Shown here: in pieces, positions 39,318-50,402 of the stretch | Layout: the number at the start of each line of letters is the position of its first letter | How positions within the stretch are numbered: position 1 is the stretch's first letter | NCBI GenBank assembly: GCA_035539595.1 | Contig: DATLIB010000173.1 | Location: 4,988 to 68,987, forward strand | Length of the DNA: 64,000 nucleotides | Reading direction: 5' to 3' | Source: Noviherbaspirillum sp. | GTDB lineage: Bacteria > Pseudomonadota > Gammaproteobacteria > Burkholderiales > Burkholderiaceae_D | Translations under genes and position numbers: made by a program | Notes under the pieces: model-generated | Told to the model about the DNA's origin: nothing | The model's database searches: none | What the model saw: only the letters and a program-made list of their open reading frames with translations

Positions 39318-41252
39318 GTGAGCAATCTGGTACAAAAATTCCAGGAATACAGCGACTGGCGTAGCAGCGTCGTTTCTACACTGGAACGCTATCAAGCATG
39401 CATCAATGCTTCCAACCTTGCCGATATGGCAAGCGATCAGCGCTTTGCGCGTATACAAGCGCGGCTTGCGGACGACAAACTGTCTATTGCTTTTGTCGCA
39501 GAATTCTCCCGCGGAAAATCTGAGCTGATCAACGCCATTTTTTTTGCCGATTATGGTCAGCGCATTCTGCCGTCATCGGCCGGTCGCACTACGATGTGTC
39601 CGACCGAGTTGTTGTACGACGAAACCATGCCGCCGTCGATCCGCTTATTGCCTATCGAAACCCGTGCTGAGGCATTGTCAACCAGTGACTTTAAGGAGCA
39701 CAGCCATGTTTGGACTGTGTTGCCGCTCGATATTTCTTCCGGCGATGGGATGCTGGAAGCGTTCAAACAGGTCAGCCTGACCAAGCGGGTGTCAGTGAAA
39801 GAGGCGAAGCGTTATGGTCTATATCATGAGGATGACCCGGATGCTGTCTTGGCGTTGGGCCAGGATGGTCTGGTTGAAATTTCGCAGTGGCGCCATGCGA
39901 TCATTAATTTTCCGCATCCCTTGCTCAAACAGGGATTGGTTATTATCGATACGCCAGGACTGAACGCAATCGGTACAGAGCCGGAGTTGACGCTCAATCT
40001 GATTCCAAATGCACATGCAGTCCTCTTCATCCTCGCAGCCGACACTGGTGTGACCAAGAGTGACATCGATGTGTGGCGTAATCATATTGGCGCCGGTTCT
40101 GCGCGTATGGTCATCTTGAACAAGATCGACAGTATGTGGGATGAACTGCGTACCGAAAATGAAATCCAGCAGCAGATCGATCGGCAAGTGGCAGACGTGG
40201 CACAGACGTTGAGCCTGACAACGCAGCAGGTGTTTCCAATTTCTGCCCAAAAGGGATTGGTGGGTAAGGTCAATCGCGATGCTGCACTATTAGTGAAAAG
40301 CCGTCTGCCGCAGTTGGAAACGGCATTGTCCGACGAACTTATTCCAAGCAAGCAGGAAATCGTACGTGGGCAACTCGTTTCCGAGCTCGCTGAACTCACT
40401 GCATCAAAGCAGGCCTTGCTGGCTACACGTTCGCGCAATGTTGTTGAGCAACTAGTAGAACTCAAAAGCTTACGCGGCAAGAACCATACGATCGTCGAAC
40501 ACATGATGAAGCGTGTCGACCTCGAGAAAAAAGAATTCGACGAGAGCTTATTGAAACTGCAAGGTACGCGGGCGGTATTTACTCGATTGTCTACCGAGGT
40601 ATTTACCAGTCTCGGCATGAATATTCTCAAGGGAGAAATCCGTAAGGCGCAGGATGCAATGGAAAAGAGCAGGTTCTCAGTGGGACTGCGTACGGCTGTA
40701 AAGGATTTCTTCGTGCAAGTGCAGAATAATCTCGCATTGTCAGGCCGAAAAACTGATGAAATTTCCGAAATGATGGCAGTGATGTACCGCAAATTTTCTG
40801 CCGAGCATGGTTTGGTGCTTTCTGCCCCGATGCCTTTTTCGCTAGATAAATATCGCAAGGAACTCGACATGATTGAGGCGGTTTATCACAAGCAGTTCGG
40901 CGCTGCCGCAATCATGACCACGCCGCAGATGGCGCTTATGGAGAAATTTTTCGATTCTATCGCTTCGCGGGTAAAACAGAGTTTCCTGCAGGCGAACCGC
41001 GACGTGGAAGCTTGGCTGAAAGTGGTTATGGCACCGCTTGAAGCGCAGATATGGGAGCACAAGGCGCAGTTGAAAAAACGCAGACAATCAATCGAACGCA
41101 TCCATATGGCGACAGAAAGCCTGGAAGAGAAAGTGGCAGCATTGGAAAAAATCCAGGCTGAATCCAACGAACAGAAGAATAGACTCGCAATGCTGGAATT
41201 CGAACTAAAAAATGCCATTTCCGCCGAACTTGCCGCACTCAAGGCGGCATAA
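39318..41252 (+). CDS. Bacterial dynamin-like GTPase
   Basis: G1 AEFSRGKS, G2 GRTT, G3 DTPG, G4 NKID, long helical C-terminus. Confidence 0.88.
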   Translation: MSNLVQKFQEYSDWRSSVVSTLERYQACINASNLADMASDQRFARIQARLADDKLSIAFVAEFSRGKSELINAIFFADYGQRILPSSAGRTTMCPTELLYDETMPPSIRLLPIETRAEALSTSDFKEHSHVWTVLPLDISSGDGMLEAFKQVSLTKRVSVKEAKRYGLYHEDDPDAVLALGQDGLVEISQWRHAIINFPHPLLKQGLVIIDTPGLNAIGTEPELTLNLIPNAHAVLFILAADTGVTKSDIDVWRNHIGAGSARMVILNKIDSMWDELRTENEIQQQIDRQVADVAQTLSLTTQQVFPISAQKGLVGKVNRDAALLVKSRLPQLETALSDELIPSKQEIVRGQLVSELAELTASKQALLATRSRNVVEQLVELKSLRGKNHTIVEHMMKRVDLEKKEFDESLLKLQGTRAVFTRLSTEVFTSLGMNILKGEIRKAQDAMEKSRFSVGLRTAVKDFFVQVQNNLALSGRKTDEISEMMAVMYRKFSAEHGLVLSAPMPFSLDKYRKELDMIEAVYHKQFGAAAIMTTPQMALMEKFFDSIASRVKQSFLQANRDVEAWLKVVMAPLEAQIWEHKAQLKKRRQSIERIHMATESLEEKVAALEKIQAESNEQKNRLAMLEFELKNAISAELAALKAA

Positions 41253-41258
41253 GAATTC

Positions 41259-42398
41259 ATGAAGCGAGTAGCGGAAGCATTGGCCAGTCCGGCTGTTAAC
41301 GAGCAGGACGATACCGATCCTGGTTTTTCAGAGGCCATCATTCAATGGCAAGCTCAATATGGGCGGCATGCGCTGCCTTGGCAAAATACGCGCGATGCCT
41401 ATCGTATTTGGGTATCCGAAATTATGTTGCAGCAGACGCAGGTAGCCGCAGTGATTCCATATTATCAGCGCTTCCTTGCTCGTTTTCCCAACGTCGTTTC
41501 ATTGGCAGCGGCGGAATCGGAAGAAGTAATGGCGCACTGGAGCGGACTCGGCTATTACTCGCGTGCTCGCAATTTGCACCGCTGCGCGCAACGCGTTGTT
41601 GCCGCCCACGGCGGTGTCTTTCCTGATGATCCTGCGCTGTTGTCCGAGTTGCCGGGCATCGGCCGCTCAACCGCAGCGGCGATTGCGGCATTTGCGTATG
41701 GAAAACGGGCAGCCATTCTTGATGGCAATGTCAAACGTGTATTTTGTCGTGTTTTCGGCATAGATGGCTTTCCTGGAGTCAAGCTTGTTGAGGACGCTCT
41801 ATGGAAGAGGGCAATCGCCTTACTGCCTGAAACGGGCATCGCGTCCTATACACAAGGATTGATGGACCTAGGGGCGACGCTGTGTACACGCAGTAGCCCA
41901 GGCTGCGCGAGCTGTCCGCTATCACGACGTTGCGTTGCGCTGGCAGCTAAGCGTGTACATGAATTGCCGGTGCGTAAGCCGAAAAAGGCCATTCCGGAAA
42001 GGAGCACGATAATGCTCGTTGTGTCAGACGATAAGCATATATTGCTCGAGCAACGACCGGACAGTGGTATTTGGGGGGGCTTGTTGTCTCTGCCCGAATT
42101 CGATCGAATGGCTTTCGGTAATCAGGGGGGGGCTCTTGAAGAAGTATTTGCTCAGGTTGTCGCACCGTTTGGCGTACCGGTATCTTGTGAACGGTTACAA
42201 CCGTTCTCTCATATCTTTACCCATTTCAAACTGCATGTGTCCCCCTACCGGATGCGGATCAAACATCGTGTCGATTTTGCTGGTGAGGGTAGACACGTAT
42301 GGTATGCCACTGACCGGCTGAACGAAGCGCCACTCCCCGCGCCGATCAAGAAGCTACTATTGGCCGTTTTTAGTGCGCCGGACTTGTTGTCGAATTAA
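41259..42398 (+). CDS. mutY: A/G-specific adenine glycosylase
   Basis: SEIMLQQTQV, WSGLGYYSRARN, LPGIG, DGNVKR, Fe-S Cys cluster. Confidence 0.97.
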   Translation: MKRVAEALASPAVNEQDDTDPGFSEAIIQWQAQYGRHALPWQNTRDAYRIWVSEIMLQQTQVAAVIPYYQRFLARFPNVVSLAAAESEEVMAHWSGLGYYSRARNLHRCAQRVVAAHGGVFPDDPALLSELPGIGRSTAAAIAAFAYGKRAAILDGNVKRVFCRVFGIDGFPGVKLVEDALWKRAIALLPETGIASYTQGLMDLGATLCTRSSPGCASCPLSRRCVALAAKRVHELPVRKPKKAIPERSTIMLVVSDDKHILLEQRPDSGIWGGLLSLPEFDRMAFGNQGGALEEVFAQVVAPFGVPVSCERLQPFSHIFTHFKLHVSPYRMRIKHRVDFAGEGRHVWYATDRLNEAPLPAPIKKLLLAVFSAPDLLSN

Positions 42399-43507
42399 TT
42401 ACCTTCGACCCATTCAACGCGGTTACGCCCCAGCTGTTTGGCTTGGTACAGGGCGGTATCGGCGCGAGAAATTAAGTCAGTAATCTTTTCTCCGTTGCGG
42501 TATTCGGCGACGCCGATCGAAAGCGAAATATGCTTTTGCTCCAGCAGCTTTTGGAAATCGAGGAAGTGCGCATACACACGCAAGCGTTCTGCATGCACTA
42601 CCGCACCCCGCACATCGGTATCCGGCAGGATTTGCAGAAATTCGTCTCCTCCGTAGCGGCCGAGAATGTCGGTATCGCGAATGCTGTCGCGGGCTATGCG
42701 GGCGAATTCCTTCAAGATCGTATCGCCGGTTAGATGGCCATTGTTGTCGTTGATTTCCTTGAACCGATCAATATCGATTAGGCAAATTGAGAATGGCACC
42801 GCACGCGTGTCGGCCTGCATCTTGGCTTGCTCTAATTCTGTCTGCAGTTGGCGGCGATTGTAGAGACCGGTCAATTCGTCACGGACCGATTTTTCTTCGT
42901 AGTGTTCCAATTGATAACGAGTGGCTTTGAGCAATTGCCGGAGATTTTGGATTTGTTTCCCGACTAAGATCATGCTGGGTAAGGTTAACGCGAACACACA
43001 CCATTGGACCAAGTCGGTGCGAAAACTATAGGCATACCCCTCTTCATGACCACGCATCAAGACAATGGCGAGATACGTGCTCAAGCAGCCCATCGACAGC
43101 ACAATGAGCCACGTGGTCGACAAGCGAAAAATGCCGAAGGAGAATGCGATCAGGATAAACGGCACCAGGGCAATTTGTGTTGCGCGCTCGAGGTAGGCGA
43201 CTCCCAGCATGATGGCGAGTGATGTTACGAGTTGCGGCAGCGTCAGACTGGGTTCGTAAAAGCGCATATTGAAGCCGAGCTTGAATACTCCATAGAAAAG
43301 GATGACGAAAGCCAATATCACCGCAGCGACGCTGATGAAGGTTATGCCGCTGATGAACCCTTGCCGGTAAAAAATATACATGCTCAACGCGTATAACAGC
43401 GAAATGAGGCTGATCGGTGAAACTTGCGGCATGCGCACGGTTTGCAAACTCTTGCGGCGATTGATGGAGTCTGACCGCAAGGTCTCGCGTGCGTCATCCA
43501 ATAACAT
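42395..43507 (-). CDS. Membrane-bound diguanylate cyclase
   Basis: Multi-TM N-terminus, DELTGLYNRR, RDTD I-site five residues before GGDEF; start uncertain. Confidence 0.9.
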   Translation of the reverse strand: MLLDDARETLRSDSINRRKSLQTVRMPQVSPISLISLLYALSMYIFYRQGFISGITFISVAAVILAFVILFYGVFKLGFNMRFYEPSLTLPQLVTSLAIMLGVAYLERATQIALVPFILIAFSFGIFRLSTTWLIVLSMGCLSTYLAIVLMRGHEEGYAYSFRTDLVQWCVFALTLPSMILVGKQIQNLRQLLKATRYQLEHYEEKSVRDELTGLYNRRQLQTELEQAKMQADTRAVPFSICLIDIDRFKEINDNNGHLTGDTILKEFARIARDSIRDTDILGRYGGDEFLQILPDTDVRGAVVHAERLRVYAHFLDFQKLLEQKHISLSIGVAEYRNGEKITDLISRADTALYQAKQLGRNRVEWVEGN

Positions 43508-43768
43508 AGGGTTAGCGCTCAAAATAGTGCCAGATGGCCCGGTACGACAGCGGTTGGGGAATGGGTTGCAACAGGTGAGGCGACTCCGCATTTATCCTAT
43601 GAATGGCCACGGATGATTTTGCGCGACGACAAACCAGCCGTAGAAAAAGGAAGTCGGTTAAGAAAGAAGGCGTGCCAAGTCGAAAATGGCACATTCAAGG
43701 ACGAAAAAAATCTGGATTTTATTAATTTTTAATCAACAAAATGCTATGAGTGCCAACGATAAAATCGT

Positions 43769-44401
43769 TTAAGCCGAAACGATTTTATGTTGTTGCAGAT
43801 ACTGATGAATAATCGAAAGGCGACTTTGCGCATCGCTGAGTTCCAATAGCTTTTGGCGGGCTTTCAACGGTATTGGCAAAATCTCGCACCAGCGGTTGGC
43901 CACCCAACTCACATTGTGCAACTGAGGCGGCTGCGAAAAAGGATGGATGTGGCCAGTCCCTTGTTCCGCCTGCGCTGTGGCGGCAATGTCGTCCATGACG
44001 ATCTTGAGTATCTTGGCACAGGTGACAAGCATGTCGTTGAGTGGGGCCGGAGCGTCTGCCGCAATCACCTCGACGCGCGCCTCCAGTCGCTGATCGTTGA
44101 GTACGTGCGTTTCAAGAATACGGAAACGCTCACCGCCTTGCGCACGCAGCATCATGACGCCAAGAGCCTGCATGTCGCAGTTCACTATATGCGCCAGGCA
44201 ACCAACACTCTCTGGCTCGGCGGCGATGCCGACTTCCTGTCCTGATTTGATCAGGACCACGCCGAATGGTTTGTCGTGCCGCAAGCACTCACGAACCATG
44301 TCGATATAACGGGTTTCAAAAACTTTGAGAGGCAATACTCCGTCCGGGAACAGGACTGTCTTCAGCGGAAACAGTGGAAGCCATGTGTCGTTGTGGGGCA
44401 T
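43769..44401 (-). CDS. LON peptidase substrate-binding domain protein
   Basis: LPLFPL..VLFP, VFETRYIDMV, PFGVVLI. Confidence 0.9.
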   Translation of the reverse strand: MPHNDTWLPLFPLKTVLFPDGVLPLKVFETRYIDMVRECLRHDKPFGVVLIKSGQEVGIAAEPESVGCLAHIVNCDMQALGVMMLRAQGGERFRILETHVLNDQRLEARVEVIAADAPAPLNDMLVTCAKILKIVMDDIAATAQAEQGTGHIHPFSQPPQLHNVSWVANRWCEILPIPLKARQKLLELSDAQSRLSIIHQYLQQHKIVSA

Positions 44402-44416
44402 GCTGGGAGATGGTTA

Positions 44417-45277
44417 TCAGGTCAATTCACGATGTCGCAACAACACACGCTCATTGGCACGGAAATGCTTCGCCAGCTGTTCGACCATATACACCGAACG
44501 ATGTTGTCCGCCCGTGCAACCAATGGCCACCGTGAGGTAGCTGCGGTTGTCGTGCTTGAACGAAGGCAGCCATTTTTCAACGAAAGTGCGTATGTCGGCG
44601 AGCAACTCAACGGCATGAGCTTGGGCATCGAGAAAGGCGACAACGGGAGCATCACGTCCCGTAAATGGACGTAGGGTTGTATCGTAATAGGGATTGGGCA
44701 GCACTCTGACGTCGAACACCAGGTCGGCATCGAGCGGTACGCCGAATTTAAACGCGAAGGATTCGAATAGCAAGGTCAATGGTGTGCGTTCGGTTTCAAC
44801 CAAGTCCTTGATCCAGCCGCGTAGCTTGTTGGCCGAAAGACCTGAGGTGTCGATCACATGGCCGATGCCTTCGATGGCGGACAGCATTTCGCGTTCGCGC
44901 AGGATGCATTCGGTCAGCGTGGGCTGATCGGCACCCTGATCGGCGCGTACCCGATGCGATAGCGGATGACTGCGCCGGGTCTCTGAAAAGCGGGCGATTA
45001 ACGATTCAGTCTTGGCGGTGAGGAAAAGCACTTTGACGTCGTGCCCTTCTTCCTTGAGCACTTGGATATCGGCGGGCAATCCCGTCAATGAATCCGCGCT
45101 GCGTGCGTCCATGGCGACAGCCAGCGTATCTGCACCTTCATCAAGGCGCGTAGCAACCAGTTGACGCAATAGCGTGGGAGGCAAATTGTCGACGCAAAAG
45201 TAGCCGGCGTCTTCGAGTGCATTCAACCCGACCGATTTTCCCGATCCGGAAATGCCTGTAATGAGGATAATGCGCAT
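44417..45277 (-). CDS. rapZ: RNase adapter protein RapZ
   Basis: [32 protein letters not shown]. Confidence 0.95.
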   Translation of the reverse strand: MRIILITGISGSGKSVGLNALEDAGYFCVDNLPPTLLRQLVATRLDEGADTLAVAMDARSADSLTGLPADIQVLKEEGHDVKVLFLTAKTESLIARFSETRRSHPLSHRVRADQGADQPTLTECILREREMLSAIEGIGHVIDTSGLSANKLRGWIKDLVETERTPLTLLFESFAFKFGVPLDADLVFDVRVLPNPYYDTTLRPFTGRDAPVVAFLDAQAHAVELLADIRTFVEKWLPSFKHDNRSYLTVAIGCTGGQHRSVYMVEQLAKHFRANERVLLRHRELT

Positions 45278-45321
45278 AGACGATAATGATACCGCAAGCG
45301 CAGCAAGGTGCCGGGCAGTCG

Positions 45322-46260
45322 TTAGTCGTTGCCCATTGCCTTTTGCTGACGCTCCATGAACTCTTTGAGCGTATCGATGCCGCGCAATTGCAGGATGGTG
45401 TTGCGTACAGCGGCTTCCAGCAATACCGCAAGGTTACGGCCCGCTTCGACAGGGATGACGACCTTGCGGATCGCCAGACCGAGCACTTCGTCGGTCTGCG
45501 AGTGTAACGGCAGACGCTCGTAATTCTCTTCGAGCGTCTTGCGGCGTACCAGATGCACGATAAGATTAAGCCGCATTTTGCGGCGCACCGCAGTTTCGCC
45601 AAAGATGGTTTTGATATCCAGCAGCCCTAGGCCGCGCACTTCCAGCAAATTTTGCAGCAATGCGGGGCAGCGGCCTTCGATCATGTTGGGCGCGATGCGC
45701 GCGAACTCGACAGCATCATCGGCGACCAAGCCGTGGTTGCGGGAAACCAGTTCGAGTCCAAGTTCGCTCTTGCCGAGACCGGACTCGCCGGTAATCAGCA
45801 CGCCCACACCGAGTACGTCCATGAATACGCCGTGCATCGTAATGCGCTGCGCCAGTTCCTTGGACAGATACACGCGCAGATAATCGATTACCTGGGCGGC
45901 TGGTAGCGGTGTCGAAAATAGCGGAATGTTCTTTTCGTCACAGACCGACAGGATGTACGGTGGGGTTTCCAATCCCTGGGCAATGATGAATGCAGGGGGC
46001 TCGCCGGCCACCAGTTCTTCGGTCTGGAGTTTGCGCGCAGCGGAAGAAAGTTTGTTGTAGTACTGGATTTCCTGGTGTCCGAACACTTGCAGGCGCCCCG
46101 GATGAATCAGGTTCAAGTGTCCGACCTGATCGGCGGCAGAGGTGGCGTCCCCCGCGATGCGACGCTCGCCGCCGGGAAAGCCGGCGAACCATCCAAGTTG
46201 CAATGATTCTCGGGTGTCGTCGAAAAGTTGCTGGATGCTAAGGTGGGTGGTAACAGGCAT
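45322..46260 (-). CDS. hprK: HPr kinase/phosphorylase
   Basis: [29 protein letters not shown]. Confidence 0.96.
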   Translation of the reverse strand: MPVTTHLSIQQLFDDTRESLQLGWFAGFPGGERRIAGDATSAADQVGHLNLIHPGRLQVFGHQEIQYYNKLSSAARKLQTEELVAGEPPAFIIAQGLETPPYILSVCDEKNIPLFSTPLPAAQVIDYLRVYLSKELAQRITMHGVFMDVLGVGVLITGESGLGKSELGLELVSRNHGLVADDAVEFARIAPNMIEGRCPALLQNLLEVRGLGLLDIKTIFGETAVRRKMRLNLIVHLVRRKTLEENYERLPLHSQTDEVLGLAIRKVVIPVEAGRNLAVLLEAAVRNTILQLRGIDTLKEFMERQQKAMGND

Positions 46261-46268
46261 AGGGCGGA

Positions 46269-46736
46269 TTATGCGTGCACGCTGGATTGCCATGCAAGGA
46301 TGCGAGCATGGACGGATGCCGGGTCCGGGTCCGTTACCAGTTGACTGCGGAACATCTCATCGGAAAACATCTCGGCCACTTCGGACAGGATCTCGAGGTG
46401 CTGCTGCGTCACATGGTCAGGAATCAGCAGGAAGATCAGCAATTTCACCGGTTGACCGTCAGGCGATTCGAAGGGGATCGCATCTTTCAGGCGCACGAAA
46501 GCGGCAAGCGGCGCTTTCAAACCTTTAATCCGGCCATGCGGCACGGCAACCCCATGTCCCAAGCCCGTGGAACCTAAGCGTTCGCGCGCAAACAAATTGT
46601 CCGATACGACTGAGCGTGCAATGCCGCAGTTGTTTTCAAAGATTAATCCGGCCTGCTCGAATGCGCGTTTCTTACTGGAGACTTCGAGCTCAAGAACGAC
46701 ATTGTCGGCTGCGAGGATTTTTGCGAGATTGGGCAT
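46269..46736 (-). CDS. ptsN: PTS IIA-Ntr protein
   Basis: [24 protein letters not shown]. Confidence 0.93.
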   Translation of the reverse strand: MPNLAKILAADNVVLELEVSSKKRAFEQAGLIFENNCGIARSVVSDNLFARERLGSTGLGHGVAVPHGRIKGLKAPLAAFVRLKDAIPFESPDGQPVKLLIFLLIPDHVTQQHLEILSEVAEMFSDEMFRSQLVTDPDPASVHARILAWQSSVHA

Positions 46737-46924
46737 GTTACAGAATAATATGGTGCATTGCACAAAATGAATTCTCGAGTGGCATTATAGGCCTCTTTGA
46801 GGGATGTGCAATGCCAAGCATAAAATGGAAGAGGGAAACTGTCTTGATGGTGAGCAGGCCAATGAGCAGAGGAGGTTGATATTGCTAATTTCGGCAGTGG
46901 TGCCGTAAGGGGTGTTGCCGAAAT

Positions 46925-47076
46925 AGCCCTCAAAATGTGGAATGTTTTCGTCACTGGGCGGCGCGCCCTTGTGTTGGCGGTCTCTTTCAGTGCGCGCACT
47001 GTAGCGAGACAATCGCCGTGCATTGCATTCAGCCAACGCCATATCTATCTCGCAACGTATTTTGGGAGATGCTTAG
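46925..47076. repeat. Degenerate copy of the palindromic MITE-like family
   Basis: Core ggcgcg..gtgttg..cagtgc-gc-gcactg..cgccgtgcattgcattcagc aligns by eye with 664-738; ends in cttag; left boundary approximate. Confidence 0.6.
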
Positions 47077-47160
47077 TAGGATAGAGTGTTAAATCACGCT
47101 AAAGTTTCTTTGGCGTATTGTTTTTCTGCGCCACTGGGAATGTTGTCTTCCTGGACATAA

Positions 47161-48015
47161 TTACTGTCGCCCGTTGCGCAGATTTGCCGGACGCCGGCCA
47201 GTAGTGAAATTGCTGCGCCATGGATTGATATCGAGGCCGCCGCGTCGCGTATAGCGTGCATACACTGACAATTTCTGTGGGTGGCATTGCCGCAGAATGT
47301 CCATGAAAATTCGCTCCACGCACTGTTCATGAAATTCGTTGTGATTGCGAAAGCCGATCAAGTACTGGAGCAGACGCTCCTGATCGATTTGTGCGCCGAC
47401 ATAGTGGATCTGCACACTGGCCCAATCAGGCTGGCCGGTGACCAGGCAATTGGACTTTAGCAGGTGCGATACCAGCGTTTCTTCTACTATCGCCTCTTCA
47501 TGATTGGCCTGTAGAAGCGCCGCATTCGGCGTATATGCGCTGACTTCGATATCGAGGCGGTCAAGCAGTAACCCTTCTAGTTCGCCCATCTGCAAGGCAG
47601 GGAAGCCATCCGGCATCAACAGTTTGACCTGTACCGATGCGCCAAAGCCGGCGGACAGGTCAGTACGCAACAAGTCGGACAATGCCTCCGGTGTCGCTAT
47701 CCTGGTTTGATTGAATGAATTCAGATAGAGCTTGAACGATTTCGATTCAATGATATTGGGCGAATCAGCGGGTACGGTAAACGTCGCAATTGCAACTTGA
47801 GGTTTGCCGCGCAGGTTCAGCCAAGACAGTTCGTAGGCGTTCCAGATATCGACCCCAAAAAATGGCAAGGTGCCAACGATGCCGATCTCGTCGCGCTTTT
47901 GTTGGCGAGGAATCGGAAACAGCAGCGATGGCGTGTACTCGGCTTGGTAGGCTGTTTGTTTGCCGAGCGGTGAGGCTTCTGGCAGGTTTGATGTGGCCAT
48001 GATCGGGGCGTTCAA
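47161..48015 (-). CDS. queF: NADPH-dependent 7-cyano-7-deazaguanine reductase
   Basis: [36 protein letters not shown]. Confidence 0.96.
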   Translation of the reverse strand: MNAPIMATSNLPEASPLGKQTAYQAEYTPSLLFPIPRQQKRDEIGIVGTLPFFGVDIWNAYELSWLNLRGKPQVAIATFTVPADSPNIIESKSFKLYLNSFNQTRIATPEALSDLLRTDLSAGFGASVQVKLLMPDGFPALQMGELEGLLLDRLDIEVSAYTPNAALLQANHEEAIVEETLVSHLLKSNCLVTGQPDWASVQIHYVGAQIDQERLLQYLIGFRNHNEFHEQCVERIFMDILRQCHPQKLSVYARYTRRGGLDINPWRSNFTTGRRPANLRNGRQ

Positions 48016-48111
48016 AAAGAGTCGGCATGAGCGGCGCTGTATCGTGGGCGTGTTTTTGACAGCAGGTGAAAGCGCCGGTTCGCCTGCGGCCGTATCGGCC
48101 GTATGCCTGCG

Positions 48112-49635
48112 CTACAGGAATAGCTTGTAGGCTGGGTTGTCGTTCTCATCCCAGTAACGGTATCCCAGTCCGGAGAGGAAGGCGCGAAATGTTTTCATTT
48201 CTTTCTTCGGTACTTGCAATCCGACCAGGATGCGGCCGACATCGCCGCCTTGATTGCGGTAGTGGAACAGGCTGATATTCCAGTTTGGCGCCATGCTATC
48301 GAGGAATCGCATCAGTGCACCTGGGCGCTCTGGAAATTCGAAGCGATACAGCAGTTCGTCGTGTGCAAGGGGACTTTTGCCGCCGACCAGATGGCGGATA
48401 TGCAGCTTGGCTAACTCGTCGTGGGTCAGGTCCAGCGTTTTGAAGCCATGCTTCTGGAAGTGCTTTGTGATCTTGCCGGATTCGGTGCGGTCCGAAATCT
48501 GCAGGCCGACAAAAACGTGCGCCTCCTGTTCATCGCTGATGCGATAGACGAACTCCGTTACATTACGCGGGCCGACCAATTCGCAGAAACGTTTGAAGCT
48601 GCCGCGCTCTTCCGGAATCGTCACAGCGAATACGGCTTCGCGCGCTTCCCCCACTTCTGCACGCTCGGCCACAAAGCGCAGCCGATCGAAATTCATGTTG
48701 GCGCCACAGGCGATGGTTACCAGGGTTTCGCCCTGAATCGGTTTCTTGCCTGCTTTGGTGCGTTCGATGTATTGCTTGGCCCCGGCAACGGCGAGCGCGC
48801 CCGACGGTTCCAGGATGCTGCGAGTATCCTGAAAAACGTCCTTCAACGCAGCGCATACCTCATCGGTGTCGACTACGATGACTTCATCCACATACTGTTT
48901 GGCTAGGCGGAAGGTTTCTTCGCCGACGAGTTTGACGGCAGTGCCGTCGCAGAACAGGCCGACATCAGGTAGTGTGATGCGGCGTCCGGCTTTCAGGCTG
49001 CGCGCCATCGCATCGGAATCGACCGACTGCACACCGATGATCTTGATGTCGGGGCGGACTGCCTTGACGTAGGCGGCGACGCCTGAAATCAAGCCGCCGC
49101 CGCCGATGGCGGCAAAAATCGCATGAATCGGTCCCTGATGCTGACGCAGAATTTCCATGCCAATGGTTCCCTGACCGGCGATGACGTCCGGATCGTCGAA
49201 CGGATGCACGAAGGTGAGCTTGTGTTTTTTTTTCAGCGTCAGTGCATGGTTGTAAGCATCGGTGTAGGACTCGCCGAATAAGACGACTTCGCCGCCACGC
49301 GCCTTGACTGCGTCGATTTTTACAGGCGGGGTAGTGGTCGGCATCACGATGACGGCGCGACAGCCCAATCTGGATGCCGACAAAGCAACGCCCTGCGCGT
49401 GGTTTCCCGCCGAGGCGCAGATGACGCCGCGTTTCAACTGCGCCGGTGTTAGATGCGCCATCTTGTTGTAGGCCCCGCGCAATTTGAAGCTGAACACGCT
49501 CTGCATGTCCTCACGCTTCAGGTAAATCTGATTGTCCATGCGTTCTGATAGCGTGGGTGCAAATTCGAGCGGGGATTCCACTGCGACGTCGTAGACGCGC
49601 GCGGTCAGGATTTTCTGCAGATAGTCGGTAGTCAT
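48112..49635 (-). CDS. ilvA: Threonine ammonia-lyase, biosynthetic
   Basis: SFKLRGAYNK, ASAGNHAQG, GGGGLI, two ACT-like C-terminal domains. Confidence 0.97.
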   Translation of the reverse strand: MTTDYLQKILTARVYDVAVESPLEFAPTLSERMDNQIYLKREDMQSVFSFKLRGAYNKMAHLTPAQLKRGVICASAGNHAQGVALSASRLGCRAVIVMPTTTPPVKIDAVKARGGEVVLFGESYTDAYNHALTLKKKHKLTFVHPFDDPDVIAGQGTIGMEILRQHQGPIHAIFAAIGGGGLISGVAAYVKAVRPDIKIIGVQSVDSDAMARSLKAGRRITLPDVGLFCDGTAVKLVGEETFRLAKQYVDEVIVVDTDEVCAALKDVFQDTRSILEPSGALAVAGAKQYIERTKAGKKPIQGETLVTIACGANMNFDRLRFVAERAEVGEAREAVFAVTIPEERGSFKRFCELVGPRNVTEFVYRISDEQEAHVFVGLQISDRTESGKITKHFQKHGFKTLDLTHDELAKLHIRHLVGGKSPLAHDELLYRFEFPERPGALMRFLDSMAPNWNISLFHYRNQGGDVGRILVGLQVPKKEMKTFRAFLSGLGYRYWDENDNPAYKLFL

Positions 49636-49780
49636 AAGCCTGTCTTGGTCGGCATGCTGCTCCGATGCGGCATGCGGGGGAACTCGTCATTATAATGGAC
49701 GCCCCCGCCAGCTTTACAACATCGCCAGAGACTCGTTACATGCAACCTACATACCGAAACGTGCCTTTCCCCTGCAATCG

Positions 49781-50269
49781 ATGACCGAGTCTTTCATTCG
49801 TTGGCTGTTTTCTGTTCTTGCTGTTCCTGATGTTGGATTGATATCTGTTTTTCTTATCAGCCTGCTGTCTGCGACGCTGCTGCCGCTCGGCTCGGAGCCG
49901 ACTGTATTCGCGGTGGTGAAAGCCAACGATGCTTTGTTCTGGCCGGTGATGGTCGTCGCCACCGTCGGCAATACAGTCGGGGGCATGATCAACTACTGGA
50001 TGGGCTTTGGTACCAAGCGCGCCTTGGCCAAGGAACGTGATAGTCGCTGGTTCGGCTGGTTGCAGCGTTTCGGTCCCAAGACCATGTTTCTGGCGTGGCT
50101 GCCAGCTATTGGCGATCCATTGTGCGCTTTGGCTGGCTGGTTGAAATTGCCTTTTTGGCCATGTGTCTTTTACATGGCGCTTGGAAAATTCTTGCGTTAT
50201 CTCACCATGACAGCCGTGCTGCTCCATGTCCCTAACGGCTTTTGGCAACGCCTGATCAACTGGCTTTGA
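49781..50269 (+). CDS. YqaA family (DedA/VTT) membrane protein
   Basis: SATLLPLGSE, GNTVG, IGDPL..LAG, GKFLRY. Confidence 0.9.
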   Translation: MTESFIRWLFSVLAVPDVGLISVFLISLLSATLLPLGSEPTVFAVVKANDALFWPVMVVATVGNTVGGMINYWMGFGTKRALAKERDSRWFGWLQRFGPKTMFLAWLPAIGDPLCALAGWLKLPFWPCVFYMALGKFLRYLTMTAVLLHVPNGFWQRLINWL

Positions 50270-50402
50270 AATTTTGTTGCAAAAGTGTCAGTGGCCTGTT
50301 GCGTAACCTGCATCATTTGGTCGTGTAAGTGTGAGGCTGTTGAAGCACTGATGCAGTGCAATCAGCTAGAATGCGCCTTTAAGGGTAAGCCCGAACACTT
50401 TG

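Noticed and set aside
48016-48111. Possible preQ1 riboswitch upstream of queF
   Set aside because: No recognisable preQ1 stem or A-rich tail
49225-49233. 9 nt homopolymer inside ilvA as a phase-variation tract
   Set aside because: In frame (Lys codons) in a housekeeping gene; no other support
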